Assembly (NCBI GenBank): GCA_002245135.1
Contig: NGBS01000591.1
Location: 124,001-188,000 of the forward strand
DNA: 64,000 nucleotides
DNA from: Proteromonas lacertae
Taxonomy: Eukaryota
Direction of reading: 5' to 3'
The translations under genes were made by a program, and so were the position numbers. The notes below the pieces were generated by a model. It saw only the letters and a list, made by a program, of their open reading frames with translations, did not search any database and was not told where the DNA came from. Below are positions 14,593-30,000 of the stretch, piece after piece. The first letter of the stretch is position 1. Every line of letters begins with the position of its first letter.

Positions 14593-15783
14593 TTATGTTT
14601 TAAATTGATTGTTATTTTTCTCATAAAATTGTATATTCTGAAAATATAACACCTCATTTCCAATACATAACCAATTTGTTTTTAATTGTCTGCTAAAATA
14701 CTCTACACCTGTTATTTCATGTGTATAAAACCTCTGAAATACACTAACTGGGTTTGGCTTGAATGAGTGTGATATTGGAGTTGAAAAAATGAGAAAATCT
14801 TTTGGAATGTGTGTTGGAGGTTTGTTATTCTTTTTATATCCAATTATTAGTCTTTCATAAGGTAAACGATGAGAATAAGAGAAAGGAATAACTGGAACTC
14901 CATATGATGTAAGCTTTACCCAATAAAATGTTGTATAATATTCAATCTTCCATTTTGAAAAGAGTTTATTTCTATTTAATAAAAAAAATAAAAAATAAAA
15001 AATATATATACAAAACCCACTGTTTTATTTTTGGATCATTCGTTATCCATATACCTACAATTCCATTATCATCATCTAATATTATACTTGGATTTACTGA
15101 AGATAGATATTTCTCTAATATTGATAATGTCAATGTATTATATGATTTTGATCTTGATACACTCATTGATTGCCAAGGTGGATCTAATATCATTATATCA
15201 TACTTCATTGGATAATTAATGTATTTGAATAATTGTATATCACATAAAATAAAAGATGATTGAGGTGGTATTATAAATTCTACTTCATTTATTGTTATAT
15301 TCATTCTAAACAAGAATATACTGAGTAATAATATATACATGTTTATTGAATCATTCTTGAATAATGTATGGTATAGATTAAAATCATCCAAATCCTCAAT
15401 TTGCATTACTTGAAAAAATCTGAGTTGAATTTTATAGCAGATCGAATCATATTACATCCTGTAGCTGTATCAAGTGAATTAATTTCATCAATATTCTGCT
15501 TTTCATGTATTTGAGAATCATATTGTCTTATAGGAGATAAAATCTTCCCTAAAGTATTTGGAAGAATTTCTTCTTCAATTACATCAAATCTGGCTTCCAT
15601 TTCAGTTTTCGGTGAATTTTGTATTTGTTGTCTAGTGTCTTTGGATAATTTATAATATGGTTTCATGGGAAGATGGAATACTCGATTTGTGAAAATATAT
15701 TCAGTTACAAGAGGTATTACATATGGATTCAAAATAATATAGTTTGAAGATTCTAATAAAACGTCTGGATAATCATTATTCAT
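14593..15783 (-). CDS. MT-A70 family N6-adenine methyltransferase, METTL4-like
   Basis: YDIMILDPPW catalytic motif, IPPQSSFILCDI, GIWITND, YWVKLTSYG, PYERLIIG, C-terminal WLCIGNEVLYFQ. Confidence 0.8.
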
Positions 15784-15875
15784 ACTGCATATTACAAAAA
15801 CAAGAAAAATAGATTAATACAGAAATACAAATACATTAGACACGTGTATTTACTTTTGGTATTTTGGTATTAATC

Positions 15876-17282
<1,407 letters not shown>

Positions 17283-17405
17283 GAAAAGCATTATATAATA
17301 AAGAAATATATATGGATGTGTATATATTTTCATTCTTTGTTTTTTATTTTATATTTATTCAAATTAAAAGTTAAAAAAAGAAAATTGTTACTATAAATTA
17401 AATAA

Positions 17406-18029
17406 TTATTCTTCTGGAATACCAGCAATCATTCTATATTTCTCAATCCAACCTGTAATCATGGTGATATTATCTTCCAAATCGTCAATTGTATTGCTAA
17501 CTAATGGTATTACAATTTCAGCTTTGTAATTCTCTTTTGCTTCATCTAATACAGTTTGCATTATTTCACATTCAACATTTTCTGTTATTTTAGCATCGTT
17601 ATATCCTCTAGCCTTTAATCTATCATACAAAATTGTATTATCTGTTGTTAAAACAATTACTAGATCAAACCATCTTTCTGGAAATAACTGATTTGTGTGA
17701 TAATCAACAATCTTACCTCCTTCAGCCATCATAGGCTCCATATCATCTAATAACTATATAATATATCATTTGAACTAATACTTGTTCCTCACCATCCACT
17801 CCCATAATCATTGTATCAAATTTCTCATCGATACTCTCATAATATTTCTTCTCTCGAACCTATTATCCATAAACATTAAAATTATACAATATCACCAACT
17901 ATTACATGCTTCATTCCTTTTTTCTCCTAATTAGTGATATTAAAAAAGCAATAATACAGCAACAGCTTTTGCAATTGTTGTTTTCCCTGTGCCTGGTGTT
18001 CCAGTAATCAAAATATTAGCATCTCTCAT
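17406..18029 (-). CDS. AK6: Adenylate kinase 6 (Fap7/hCINAP)
   Basis: NILITGTPGTGKTT, IVDYH, FPERWFDLVIVL, LYDRLKARGY, ENVECEIMQ. Confidence 0.92.
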
Positions 18030-18096
18030 GTTGAATGAATAATTTCAAAATTTGGTTTATCAAAAGTTTTTCATTCTAAATTTATTTGGCGCGAAG

Positions 18097-18731
18097 ATGA
18101 ATGAAACAACCATTTTGCGCAACAAATGTGATGCTCAAGCGAAAGCTAATAGAGCGTCTTCAGGCTTCTATTAAGCAGAAGAATGATGAAATATTCGATC
18201 TGTCATCAACAATTGAAATGGACAATGTTGAAACTAAATATGCTATCAAAGCAAGTATAATTTTAGTTGATTATTAAATAGGCAGAAGAAAAGGCTAAAG
18301 CTGAAGTTGAAAGACTTAAATCAGAATTAGAATTCATTAGAAGGGAATTAGAAGCTTCAGATAGAATTAGAAATGAACTGCAACAAAATGTAAATAAATA
18401 TAAACGTATAAATCGGTGGTTTTTAGAATAATTATAGCACAAAATAGAATCGATTCAATGTGGCCAGATTTAACACGTATATTATTTCATATTCTCATGT
18501 AAAATAGCCTCTAAAAGACCAAGAATATCAAATTCTCAAGATAAACCTTCTGATCTTCCTTCAATTATCATAGATCCAATACCTAACTTCACTATTCAGT
18601 ACTTCCTCTTACAATGTTCAGAAGAATTACGATTTCTCTGTGATTTAGAAAAATCAGTATAATTCTATTAATTATGAATATAGAAACCATTAATATCATC
18701 TTCTCAGCCAACTCCTGTTAGTACTCCTTCC

Positions 18732-18764
<33 letters not shown>

Positions 18765-19778
18765 TCATCTTCTACAAATATATCCTTTTATTAATGTATA
18801 TAAAATGTAAATTATATATATTTTGCTTCTTTCATTTATTCTTTTTTTACTTATATCATTTAATTACAACTTCATTTTCATCCACTGAATCATTAACAGA
18901 TATTTACTATACACTATTGCTAATATTGAATAATAATATTACCAATATACATGTTGTATCAAAATCACTATTGTGTATAAGATGTATTTATGAGATATAC
19001 TCAGATCATGTTATTTTCCAAAATGAACCAACCAATCAATTCACACCAAATATGATTATAATATCTGAACAAATACGTTAATAATTATATACAAATTTTA
19101 AAAGATAATTTATCAGATCAGATTAATAGTTTTATTCTTAATATTTTAACATTATTTTTATCACTTAATAGCAATAATAGTAATAATAAAGAGTAATGAA
19201 ATGATGCAAATATTAAATTATCATCATATTATGAATTATTATAATAATGAATCAACCTATAGACACACTTTCATGTTATTTTATAATCAGTTACTTATAT
19301 CCAGTAATATACCTTTAAACCAATGGAATAATAATTATATTGATATTATTATTTATATATTAATGAATATTGATAAAGTGAAAGTAAATATAGTTAATTA
19401 TATAGACACAATTGTATTTATGAAAATTTTTGTTATTATATATGGAAAAGAAGGACTTCAATACTTATTTTCTACTGATCATTCTCGAATTAATATTTAT
19501 TATCAGATGTTATTAATAATGGAGAAATTACTAGTAGAGTTAATGAATAATTCGTATGATGGATAAAGTGTTGATGTTTTTTAGTGAATGTTTTCATATT
19601 TTTGAATGTTATTTCTACTATAGTTTCTTTAGAGAATCATTTGAAAGAGTTTGGATCTTATAATCTTGCAGTTATAGTTGTTGGAAAGTTCATAAGAGTA
19701 ATTCAATCTGTAAAAGAATATGATAGAATTAAATATAATGCGCAATCTTTACTGGATATGTTAAATTCGAAGAGTTAA
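18097..19778 (+). CDS. Hypothetical protein (N-terminal coiled coil, poly-N linker, helical C-terminal region)
   Basis: ATG 18097; EEKAKAEVERLKSELEFIRRELEASDRIRNELQ coiled coil; several introns; ORFs 18794-19081, 19201-19566, 19584-19778. Confidence 0.5.
18732..18764 (+). repeat. (AAT)11 microsatellite encoding poly-Asn
   Basis: Direct reading of the sequence. Confidence 0.9.
18780..18850 (+). other. Candidate U12-type AT-AC intron (71 nt)
   Basis: Starts ATATCCTTT, ends TTTTAC at the first downstream AC; removal restores the frame and removes a stop; no AG acceptor until 18898. Confidence 0.5.
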
Positions 19779-19803
19779 TGTTTTTTTACTTATTTATTTT
19801 ATT

Positions 19804-19811
19804 TGTTTGTT
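19804..19811 (+). promoter_or_regulatory. TGTTTGTT Blastocystis-type 3'-end/polyadenylation element
   Basis: Exact motif about 25 nt after the stop at 19778; another copy on the minus strand at 62441-62448 downstream of thiM. Confidence 0.4.
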
Positions 19812-19883
19812 GAAATTGAAATTATAATTTTATAAAAACAATAATAATTCATTTTATAGTAATAATATTAGATGTATAAATAT

Positions 19884-22800
19884 CTATATTCTTACTCCTT
19901 CTGGAACTTGTTTTTCTGGTATAGAAACTCGCCTTAAAGTAGATTGAGATCTTGCTCTTTTTCTAAATATTCCTGTTCTTAATAAACAGAATACTACTAT
20001 CACTATAATAATTAATCCAGCTGCTACAGATCCAACAGACTATTCCAGCTATGGCTCCACTACTTGTATTCACATTCACTTTCATCAACTACACTCCATA
20101 CACCTTTATTATCATCAGTTAATAAACATTTTCTTCTCTTCATTCCACTATTTGCTCCTCCACATTCTATCAACACTTCTTTTCCTCCTTTCTCAGCTGG
20201 GGTTCTTGGAAATCCAGAATCAGATTCACAATATATTGCTTCAAATTCGATCTCTACATTCTACAGTTTGAATTTGAACGGATGGAGGATTTCGAATTGT
20301 AAATGTATATTTTGTTTTTTCTACATATTCTGATGGTAATCCATATATTTCTCCAGATTTGGAATCTAATGATAAGCCTTTAGGTAATTCAGGATTTACT
20401 GAGATTTCAAGATTTGTTCCAACTGCAATAAATAAATAAATTGATTTTATTGCTTCACCAAATTTGAATTTTATACTTGGCACTTTACTTGATGGAATAA
20501 TAACAGGATTAGTTAGGAATTGATGATATTAACATGAATGTAAATGAAACTTGTTTTCCACTTCCACTTATTAAGATTGTGGTATTTACTGAATTAAAAC
20601 TACTTAGATATATATCCACTTATTCTTCCACTTCGAATGAATCAAATTTTCAAAGTCGACGAATGGAAGATTAGGTATTATTGAATAAACTAAATTCTTT
20701 CCAGTTATCTCTACCTAATTCTAATCCATTCATATTCTTTTCCACCTTCAATTGTTATACTGTCATTATGTGTAATTATTACTGGTTCTACAGATTCTTC
20801 GACATTTATTGTGATTGGATTGGATATTTCACCATTTTCATTGATAACATTTGAATGTATATAATTTACTACTTGGTGGTTCAGTATTTACTTTTCCACT
20901 TATCATTCCACTATTTTCATCAAATTTTAATCCTTCAGGTAATGCTGGATCAATTGAATATAAGATCGTTTTAGCTAAACATTGATATGGTTGTATATCT
21001 TTATAATTCATTCCAAATATCATTTTCACTTCTTTTTCATATTTTATATTATTTGGTCTGATTGGTAATGCCACATTCATTTCGACTGTTATATCAACAT
21101 AATCTAAATTATTTGAAGCTGTGAATTTACTTCTCATTGAACTTTCTTCAATCACCATTCCAGATATTAATCCACTCTTTTTGTCTAAACTCAATCCATT
21201 TGGCAATTTATCTACTATATATTCAATATTTTCACCTATCACATAAAATAATTTCAATTCTTTATATTCTTTACCAGCATCTAATATCACTGATTCATTA
21301 CTCCAAATCATTATTGGATTCTTTGTGGGTAAAACAGTTATTTGTATTTCAATTGTTATACCTTCACTTCCTGAATATGGATTATTAGCTTTGAAATAAA
21401 CTAGTTTTGATGATTCTTCAATATATGCTTGACCAGATATTAAACCAGTTGAATTATCTATTCTTAAACCACTTATTTCAGTAACCATTGAATAGAATAT
21501 ATCTTTTCCTGAAACTGTAAATAATCTAACATTTTCATAAAAACTACCTGCTTTGAATGTATAAGATGATTCTTTACTAATTAAAGATGGAGATTCATTA
21601 CAAGTATTTTCTATTTCACTCCAAGATTTATCATTATTACAATAAAATGTTCTATTTCCTGATAATCCTGACGTTTTACATCCAATGGTTATTTCTGTTC
21701 CAGTTACAGTTTCTGGAATTTCTTCTATTGCTTTACAATATCTGATTGGACATAAATGGAAATTTATATCATTAACATCAATACTACCTGATGAAGTTAA
21801 TGTTTTTGTAATGTTAAATCTCATCGCAGAATACATCATAGTCATATTGTAATCTGTAAAAACTCTCTTTAGAGTTGATGGATAAGTAACATCAGTATAA
21901 TTACCAATCAAAATCCATTTTGAATTATATAATCCTTCAACTGTGAAGTCTTTTGGAGCTCCATACTCCGAGTATGCATTAATACTGAATTGAGTAAAAT
22001 ATGTATGAAAATGATCTTTATATCTCATTATTGCCCAACCAGGAATTGTGTTAGTATACCATTCTGAATTAGGATTTTCATCAAATCCATAAGCTGCATG
22101 CATTGAATATGCCATTGTATTTGTTTCAGTTACCATTTTTGAGAATTTATTAAGAATTAAACAATCTTCTTCACTTCCTGTTATTCTTAATAAAGATGAA
22201 CTTATTTCAGGGAAATTGGTTTCTCCATTGAATTTGTGTAATTCGATTGAGATTTCAAATAGATTCTCTTCTAACCATACAATTGGAAGAATGAATACTT
22301 CAGCAGTTAAAACATCAAATCGATTATTTGCCATTGTATCTGGAGATATTTCACCATTTGGTAAATTATTTCGAAAGATTTCTTTTCCATTCACTTTTAT
22401 TATTATTCCACTTATATAACTCACTTTTAAAGCAAAAGCATTATATTTATCTAAATCACCAAATCTATCTATCTTTCTTACATAAATCACATTTCCAGAT
22501 ACTTTATTCAATTCAGATAATTTGGATTTTGACCATGTTGAATGTTGAGTAGTTGGATTATCCCAACCATCTTCATATTGAATTGAATTTTCCCATTCTG
22601 TATTATAATCATAATCCAATGTTGAATGAAATCTTTTCTCCAGCTTTGTTACAGAAGAAGCTAATGCTGTTCTATCCACTGGAATTCTATCCACTAATAT
22701 GTCAACAAACCCTTTACTATAACCTGAATATGTATTACTGGTTCTATACACTGCAGTATATTCATCATTTGCTAAACAATATTCATATTCATAAATATGA

Positions 22801-25800
22801 TCGTTTTTCCATCCTTCATCTTCTCCATTTAATATCATTACTGCAGTTTTATTCTCATTATCCATTTCAGATGTTTTATAAAGAGATATTCCCCAATCAT
22901 CTGGATATGTACCATCACTTCCATTCACATGAATAGTAATAATAGTTTTGGCTTGTTTCAGACAAACTTCATCTATCAACTTATCATAGAATGTTAAATT
23001 CAAAAACCTTGTGGTCATGCCATTAGGATTTGTTCCTATTATCTTATATAGTTGTTTTGGTGATTCTTCCGTCACTTTACCTGTTATTTCACAATTGGTT
23101 TTATTGAAATGTAGAAATGAAGGTAATTCTGGAGATATTTCACATTTATCTAGCAAATGAACTTTTGGTATTATTTTCACTTCATCATTCAAATAATATT
23201 CTTCTCTTGTACTTTTAGAATATTCTATCATTGGTGATTTTATAACAGTGTTGATTTTAAATGTACTTACTCCATAATATTTCATTTGTGTTCTATCAGC
23301 TATCTTTCCATCAGTATAAAATTCATAATAAAATATTCCATCTCCATTTTGATAATCAGAAGCATAAAATTGATAATCTCCTGGAATTAAACATAAGACA
23401 GGAAAATATAAAGGAAGTGGTCCTGCTGGAATTGTATATTCTAGTATTACTGTATCATTACGGTACTCGTATCTACACTTTATATATCCATCTCTTGGAT
23501 TAATTGTATCTACTACTTTCACAAAATGAGGTTTATATACACCAGAACATCCACTTATCACATTTGTCGCAATTTTTGTACTTATATATTCATTGTTAGC
23601 ATAATAGGCTCGAATTTCTAATTCATAATTATTTAAATATTCTGTTGCAACTGCTCTAATACTTCCTGTATATTTATCAAATATAAATCCATCAGGAACA
23701 ACTGATAATTCATAATATATAACAGTACCACCATCAACACTTATTAATAAGTGACTTTCATTTCCTAAAAATAAATTCAATTTTGTAATAGTTGTTCCAT
23801 TATTGTCTAAATCTATTAAATGTAATCCTTGTGGTTTTGTATCTCCTATCACTTTTATAGATATTATGGCATTTACTGTTGAACCATCTTCTAATTTACC
23901 ACTTATAACATAGGATGTTACATCTTGAACTGTTGTTGGTGTTCCACGAATTGTACAACCAGATAGTTCTAATCCAGGAGGTAAACTAGGTTCAGATATA
24001 CATTCATTTATTTCTTTGTTTCCTTCGATAAATGGAATATTGTCAGATATTCGATTATTCACTATATAAACTGCATAACTAACTCGATATTCATAATCAC
24101 CTCTTGGAACAAAATATAAAACGCCTTTTAACTCTTTATATTCAGAATCTAACTCATTCTTATAAGATAATTTTATCCCACTTCCTCCTACATTCTTCAT
24201 ATAATTCACTCTTATGAAGTGATATCCTTCACTCAAATACTTTGTTCCTGTTTTGGAATTCCAATCATGAATTCCTTTGTGATTTATTAATTCTATATAA
24301 TCAATAAATAACCAAGATCCTTGAACTGAGGTTAAATTGAATGTATAATTTCCTGATGTTTCTATCTTTAAATATCCTTCCCAATTTACTCCAAATTCAC
24401 TTGCAAAATTGGGAGTTAAACCATCCCAAATTGACTGAATTGGATTATATTCTTCATTTATTTCATCTTCTAATCGAATTATTTCAGTTGTTACACCTTC
24501 AGTTGAAGTAGTATATGGATTATTACAACTATTATCAAACTGATTGGATTTAAGATAATAAGCAACTATTCCTTTTACATATTTATCAACTATATCAACA
24601 AATAAAAACACCAAATTAGTTGTGGAAGTATCTGTTGAACATTGTACTGTTAATCTAAAAGTAGTCTCTTCATCAATTTGCCCTTTTAATACATTCCTTG
24701 TTACATCAGCAGTTACAGCATTATTTCCAGTAACACATCCAGCTGCTATTCCTCTTTCTAATTTGAATGGGATTTCAAAATATGAATTCTTAGGCATTGT
24801 ATAATATTGACTATCAAATGTCAAATATGATATGACATTATTTGAATCTAATTGGTAAAAACTAATTGATTCTTCTTCTGTTTCACCTGGTATTTTCCAT
24901 TTCAACATAAACTTGTATGTAGAATTATTTGTAAGTGGATAACAGTAATAACTATAGCACAACTCTTCTATTAATGAATAATGACCAACAATTTTAATTA
25001 GATGATAACCTGATGTTAAATCAACATCTATATTTTTATCTGAATATTCCCATGCACTACAATAACTATAATAGTAAGTATAATAATTATAATAACCATA
25101 ACCATCTTCTTTAAGATCACTTTCTTGATTATCAATATAAACCTGGTATTTAGCATAATCAGAATTCTTATGAAAGGAGTAAGTACCTTCTCCTGGAGCA
25201 TATATCATACCTTCTATTGTATAATTCCAATATAATACATTATGACTTGATAAAAATCCACCCAATTTATTATCCCATACTGAATAAGCATCTTCTCCAT
25301 CTAATCCATCTAAATTGTCTATAACTGCTGTTTTACTATTGTATATTGTCTTAATTGCATCATCATTACCACATGTAAAACTATTTATATCGTCAACTTT
25401 CATCGTTAAACCATATTTTATTTCTGTTGCTAACTTTGAGATGATTATTGTAGTAGAAGTTGTGCTTTTACCTGCTGGATTTTCAGCATTAATTGTAACT
25501 CTAATATCATTATAAAACATCATATATTTATACGTTATTTTATCTTCAGGAGGTGGTAATTTGTTTAGCTTTAGTATTCCATCAGTAGTAATAGAGATAG
25601 GATATGAACCAGAAGGACTAAAACTGATTGACCAACTTTTTACCTTTTTATCACTCTTGCAATTGAATGAATCGGTTAAATCTTGAAATATCGCTAATTT
25701 AACTAATCCGCATGTCAAAGTTGTTGGAACATCCCAAACTACGTTATAGATTATTAAATAATACTATTCATTTCAACATTTGCATTCATTGCTGAACCAT

Positions 25801-26098
25801 CTAATAACTTCAACGTAATAGTATAGTTAGCTTGGTATTGCTCTAGAGGAGTACCGCTAATTTCTCCTGTAATAGAATTTAAGGATAAACCCTTGCTTAA
25901 TAATGGTGAAATTGTAAATATTCCTCCCTCAACAGTGATATTTGGATGATTGGGGGTAATTTCACTTCCAACAACATAATCTGGTTTAGGATTGTCGTAA
26001 CTGAAAACATTTTGAGCAATTGAATATGACATGCATAAACCTATAAATGAATAACAAAATAACATACAAATAACAACAAAAATAATGAGTTTTTTCAT
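19884..26098 (-). CDS. Large type I membrane surface protein (signal peptide, He_PIG/cadherin-like Ig repeats, two PA14-like domains, discoidin-like domain, TM helix, short basic tail)
   Basis: MKKLIIFVVI signal; repeated LPxGLxLDxxxGxISG; PA14-like FGVNWEGYLKIETSGNYTF...GYHFIRVNY; TM VGSVAAGLIIIVIVVFCLL then RTGIFRKRAR...GVRI stop at 19884; frameshifts near the 3' end. Confidence 0.85.
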
Positions 26099-26241
26099 TT
26101 TGAAATATATTTTGTCAAATGACGCAAACAAGTTTGATATTCACAAGCTTTTTTGTGAATTTCTTTTCTCATTATCTCAATTTAAACCATTTTATATAAA
26201 ATAAATAAGAAAATTATTAATGATTAAATGAAATTAATATT

Positions 26242-27035
26242 TTAAGGTGTTGAAGTCATTGGACATGTTAAATCATAATAATACTTCTTATACGCAGGAA
26301 TAGATATAGGTGTAACTGATATAACAGGAGAAGAATTCTCATTTTTCTTAATCTCTCTATATTCCTTATCCTCCTCCTCCAAAAATTTACTTTGTGTTTT
26401 ATACCATTCTGGAACATTTTCTGGAATGTTTACAAGATCTATATCAAATAATTCTATCAATATCTCACTTATCACTCTTGATTTTATTTTCCATGCTATA
26501 TTCCTATGCTACTTATATATATTTATCATTTAATACTTCTTCAATAATTGAAAAAAATGACCATCTCTGTAATTTCCTCAAACAACCAACCACCACTCCT
26601 GTTACTCTTACTCCAGTTCTATTTTTTCAAAATTATAAAGAGGTTTATATACGTGCAAGTTGTTAATATTGGATAGTTATCTACATTCAACATTAATTGC
26701 AAAGCTTCTTTTATCAATTCATCTGATACTTGCTTATAGTTATTTTCTGTCACTGACCATACATCCAAAGCTAAATGTATCTACCATATCTTATGATTAA
26801 TCATTTATACAACATTAATGTGTTGAGTTTCATAAAAATTTGACAAACTTCTTGATGGAATATCTGGAGATAAATATATGACAGTTTTAAGATGTAATTT
26901 GGATATAAATGGGAAATGTTGTTCTGTTATTGCATTTGATCTATACAACCCTGGTTCCACTATAGCAAATAGAGATGGAACGCTCATATCTATTAATAAT
27001 ATTTTGATAGTAATTATACGACTGTGAGATGACAT
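26242..27035 (-). CDS. Siw14/OCA family tyrosine-phosphatase-like protein, probably inactive
   Basis: FAIVEPGLYRS, LHLKTVIYLSP, VSDELIKEALQ, GCLRKLQRWS, IELFDIDLVNIPENVPEW; P-loop reads CTTGVRVTG. Confidence 0.8.
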
Positions 27036-27079
27036 ATTAAAGAAAAAAAAAAAATCAAACCTGTTTGTGCAAAATAAAT

Positions 27080-30000
27080 ATGGATCCTATTCTTTTTTGC
27101 ACTGATTATTGTTGTTCAGTTACATCTGATATAACAAAGTATAATATAAATATATACTTTGTTTATTAGAGTGTTTTTCATTTGCGAAGCAAAGCTAGAT
27201 TATGGTGAATCACTTTTTATAGTAGGCAACAATAATAGTTTAGGGTTGTGGAAACCTAAAAAAGGAATTGAATTGTTTACAACACCAGAAGAGTAAATTT
27301 ACTATCACTCACATCAAGATATCCTATATGGAGAACAAAAGAAGCTGTAAATTTAGCAAGAGATAGTCACATAGAATATAAATATTGTGTATTTTCAGGA
27401 GGTTCATTTTTGGTATTTAAATTAACTACTTAAATCATATAGAGATGGGAATCTTTAGATCACAACAGAATAATAGAACCACATGATGATTACTGCCAAA
27501 TCACAGACTGTCTAGATTCCTACAAAACCTCTGGTTTATTACCAAAAACATATGATAAAACAAAAACTGAAGAAAAACACAAAATTCCTCCTCCAATATA
27601 TGAATATTCACCATCTAACAATGATCACTTAATAATAATGACACTTGTACAAAATATATATATTAATTATTGATTATATGTTATATTTGAATAGCATTTA
27701 CCTATATATTTATATAAAGATAATGATTCAAAAAAATGGTCATTTGAATGGAATGAATCAACAACAGTCCCAATCACAATGAGATCATTTGTAAAAAATA
27801 AAAATTACCGTTGGATCGGATGTGTACAAACATTTACACCAATTAATGATGAAGAAGATATTCCGCTAATAAAATCATTATTAAAACCATACAATTTAAT
27901 ACCAATTTTTATGAATAAAAATCTATTTGAAACATATTATTATGGTTATTGTAAATCATATTTATGGCCTATTATACACAATGTAGTGAATGTTTATGGT
28001 GATTACGTTGAAATTATCACTCCAATCATAATGAATAAATATTGGAAAGCATTTAGAAGTGCTAATAAAATCATCAATAATACTCTAGTTGAACAGTATA
28101 TATATATATATATTCTATTTATATATAGTATTCATGGTGATGAATATATATGGATTATTGATTATCCATTACTACTAATTCCAACATTACTACGTCATAA
28201 AATCAAACAAGGAATCAAAATAGGATATATCTTCTTTGCACCATTTCCAAGTTCAGAATTATTTGGAACTATTAAAGATAGGAGTGTCTTAATAAACTCA
28301 TTATTACAATGTGATATGATTACATTCCCTACTTACAGTTACACTAGACACTTTTTACACGCTTGTCATAGATTATTAAGTGCTAATACTCTTAACACGA
28401 ATGAATGTTGTGCTGAAGTTGAGTTTAATGGTAGATCAATTCCAGTATATTCTGCTTATTGTGGTTTGGATTTAGATTTATATAATGAACTTATTAAATC
28501 AGTTGCTATTGATATTATTAAAGAAGATTTACTGCATATCACTAAAGGTAGAACAGTGATTGGATCAGTGGATAGTTTAGAAAAATTAAGTGGAATTCAT
28601 ATGAAGTTAAATTCATTGTTACTTTTCTATGAAAAACATGGTAAAGAATACAAAGATAAGTTATGTGTTTTATTGTTTGTAATGGAAGGAGAATGTAGAA
28701 TTGATGATATACAATCAACTGAAAGAGAAACGCTTCATTTGATAGAAGAAATTAATAATAAATATCAAGGTGAAGATCCAATAGTTTATTATATTAAAAA
28801 ACCATTCTTTTCAATAGAAGAAAGAATTGCATTATGGAGTATAACAGATATATATTTTACTACCTCTGTTCATAGTGGTGTATCAATAATGCCATTAGAA
28901 TATTGTTATATACATAAACTAATCAAGCCTATCAAGCCAGGTGTAATATTATTGTCTGAGTCAAGTGGTGGTTCAAGACTAGTAAATGGTGGAATAAGAG
29001 TAAATCCATGGAATATAAATGAAATATCCAATATTATACATTATATACTAAACATGCCAATTCAAGAAAAGATATTAAGGCAATTGAAAAATGAAGAATC
29101 TTTTGATTTAGTGAGTGTATCTGAATGGTCTAAATTATTATGTCATTTAATAAAACAAAAGAAAGTGGCGAAAGTATCTGAAACTATTGGATTAGGTTTG
29201 GATTCACAGTTATTAACATTTAAAACTGGATTTAGACATATTCAATTATCTGATATTATACATCAATATAATCAATCTAATAAAAGATTGATATTGTTAG
29301 GTTATGGTGGAACTTTATTGCCTTCAAAATTTGATAAAAGTAAAAAGTATAAATAATATATGTTAGTGTAATTAATAGTATATTGAGATTTCATGAAACG
29401 ATTGATCGAGTGAATGAATTGTTAAGAAAACTATCAAATCAATTAGAAAACAAAGTATTTATCGTGTCAGGAAGATCCAAGGATGAAATAAAAGAATCAT
29501 TTGGTGATATTAAATCTATAGGATTATCAACAGAAAATGGTAATTCATATAAACTACCATATGAGTATATATTATATATTTTTTATTTTTATTTTAGAAA
29601 TGATTGGAGAAGTGTATTGAAGCCACAATATGATAATAATTGGAAGAAAGTAGTATATCAGTTAATGTCATTTTATACACAACGAACTAATGGTTCTATA
29701 TTATCAATAAAAGGATGTAGTGTTGTTTGGGATTATAAGAACGCTGATCCTGATTTTGGACCACAACAAGCCAAGTTTTTGATTGATTTATTGAAGTCTT
29801 ATATTAATATGAATGAGCTAACTGTATATATATATATATTATGTAATTATGTTTAGTTAATCGTTGGAGCTGATTATTTAGAAGTTAGACCAAAAGGAGT
29901 GAATAAAGGATCAGCTGTGAATAACATTTTAGATTTAATAAATACTAAAAATAGCAAGATTGATTTTATATTATGTATTGGTAATGATGATAATGATGAA

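Noticed and set aside
18097..19778. ATRIP-like identity for the coiled-coil plus helical protein
   Set aside because: The architecture is compatible but there is no sequence motif support
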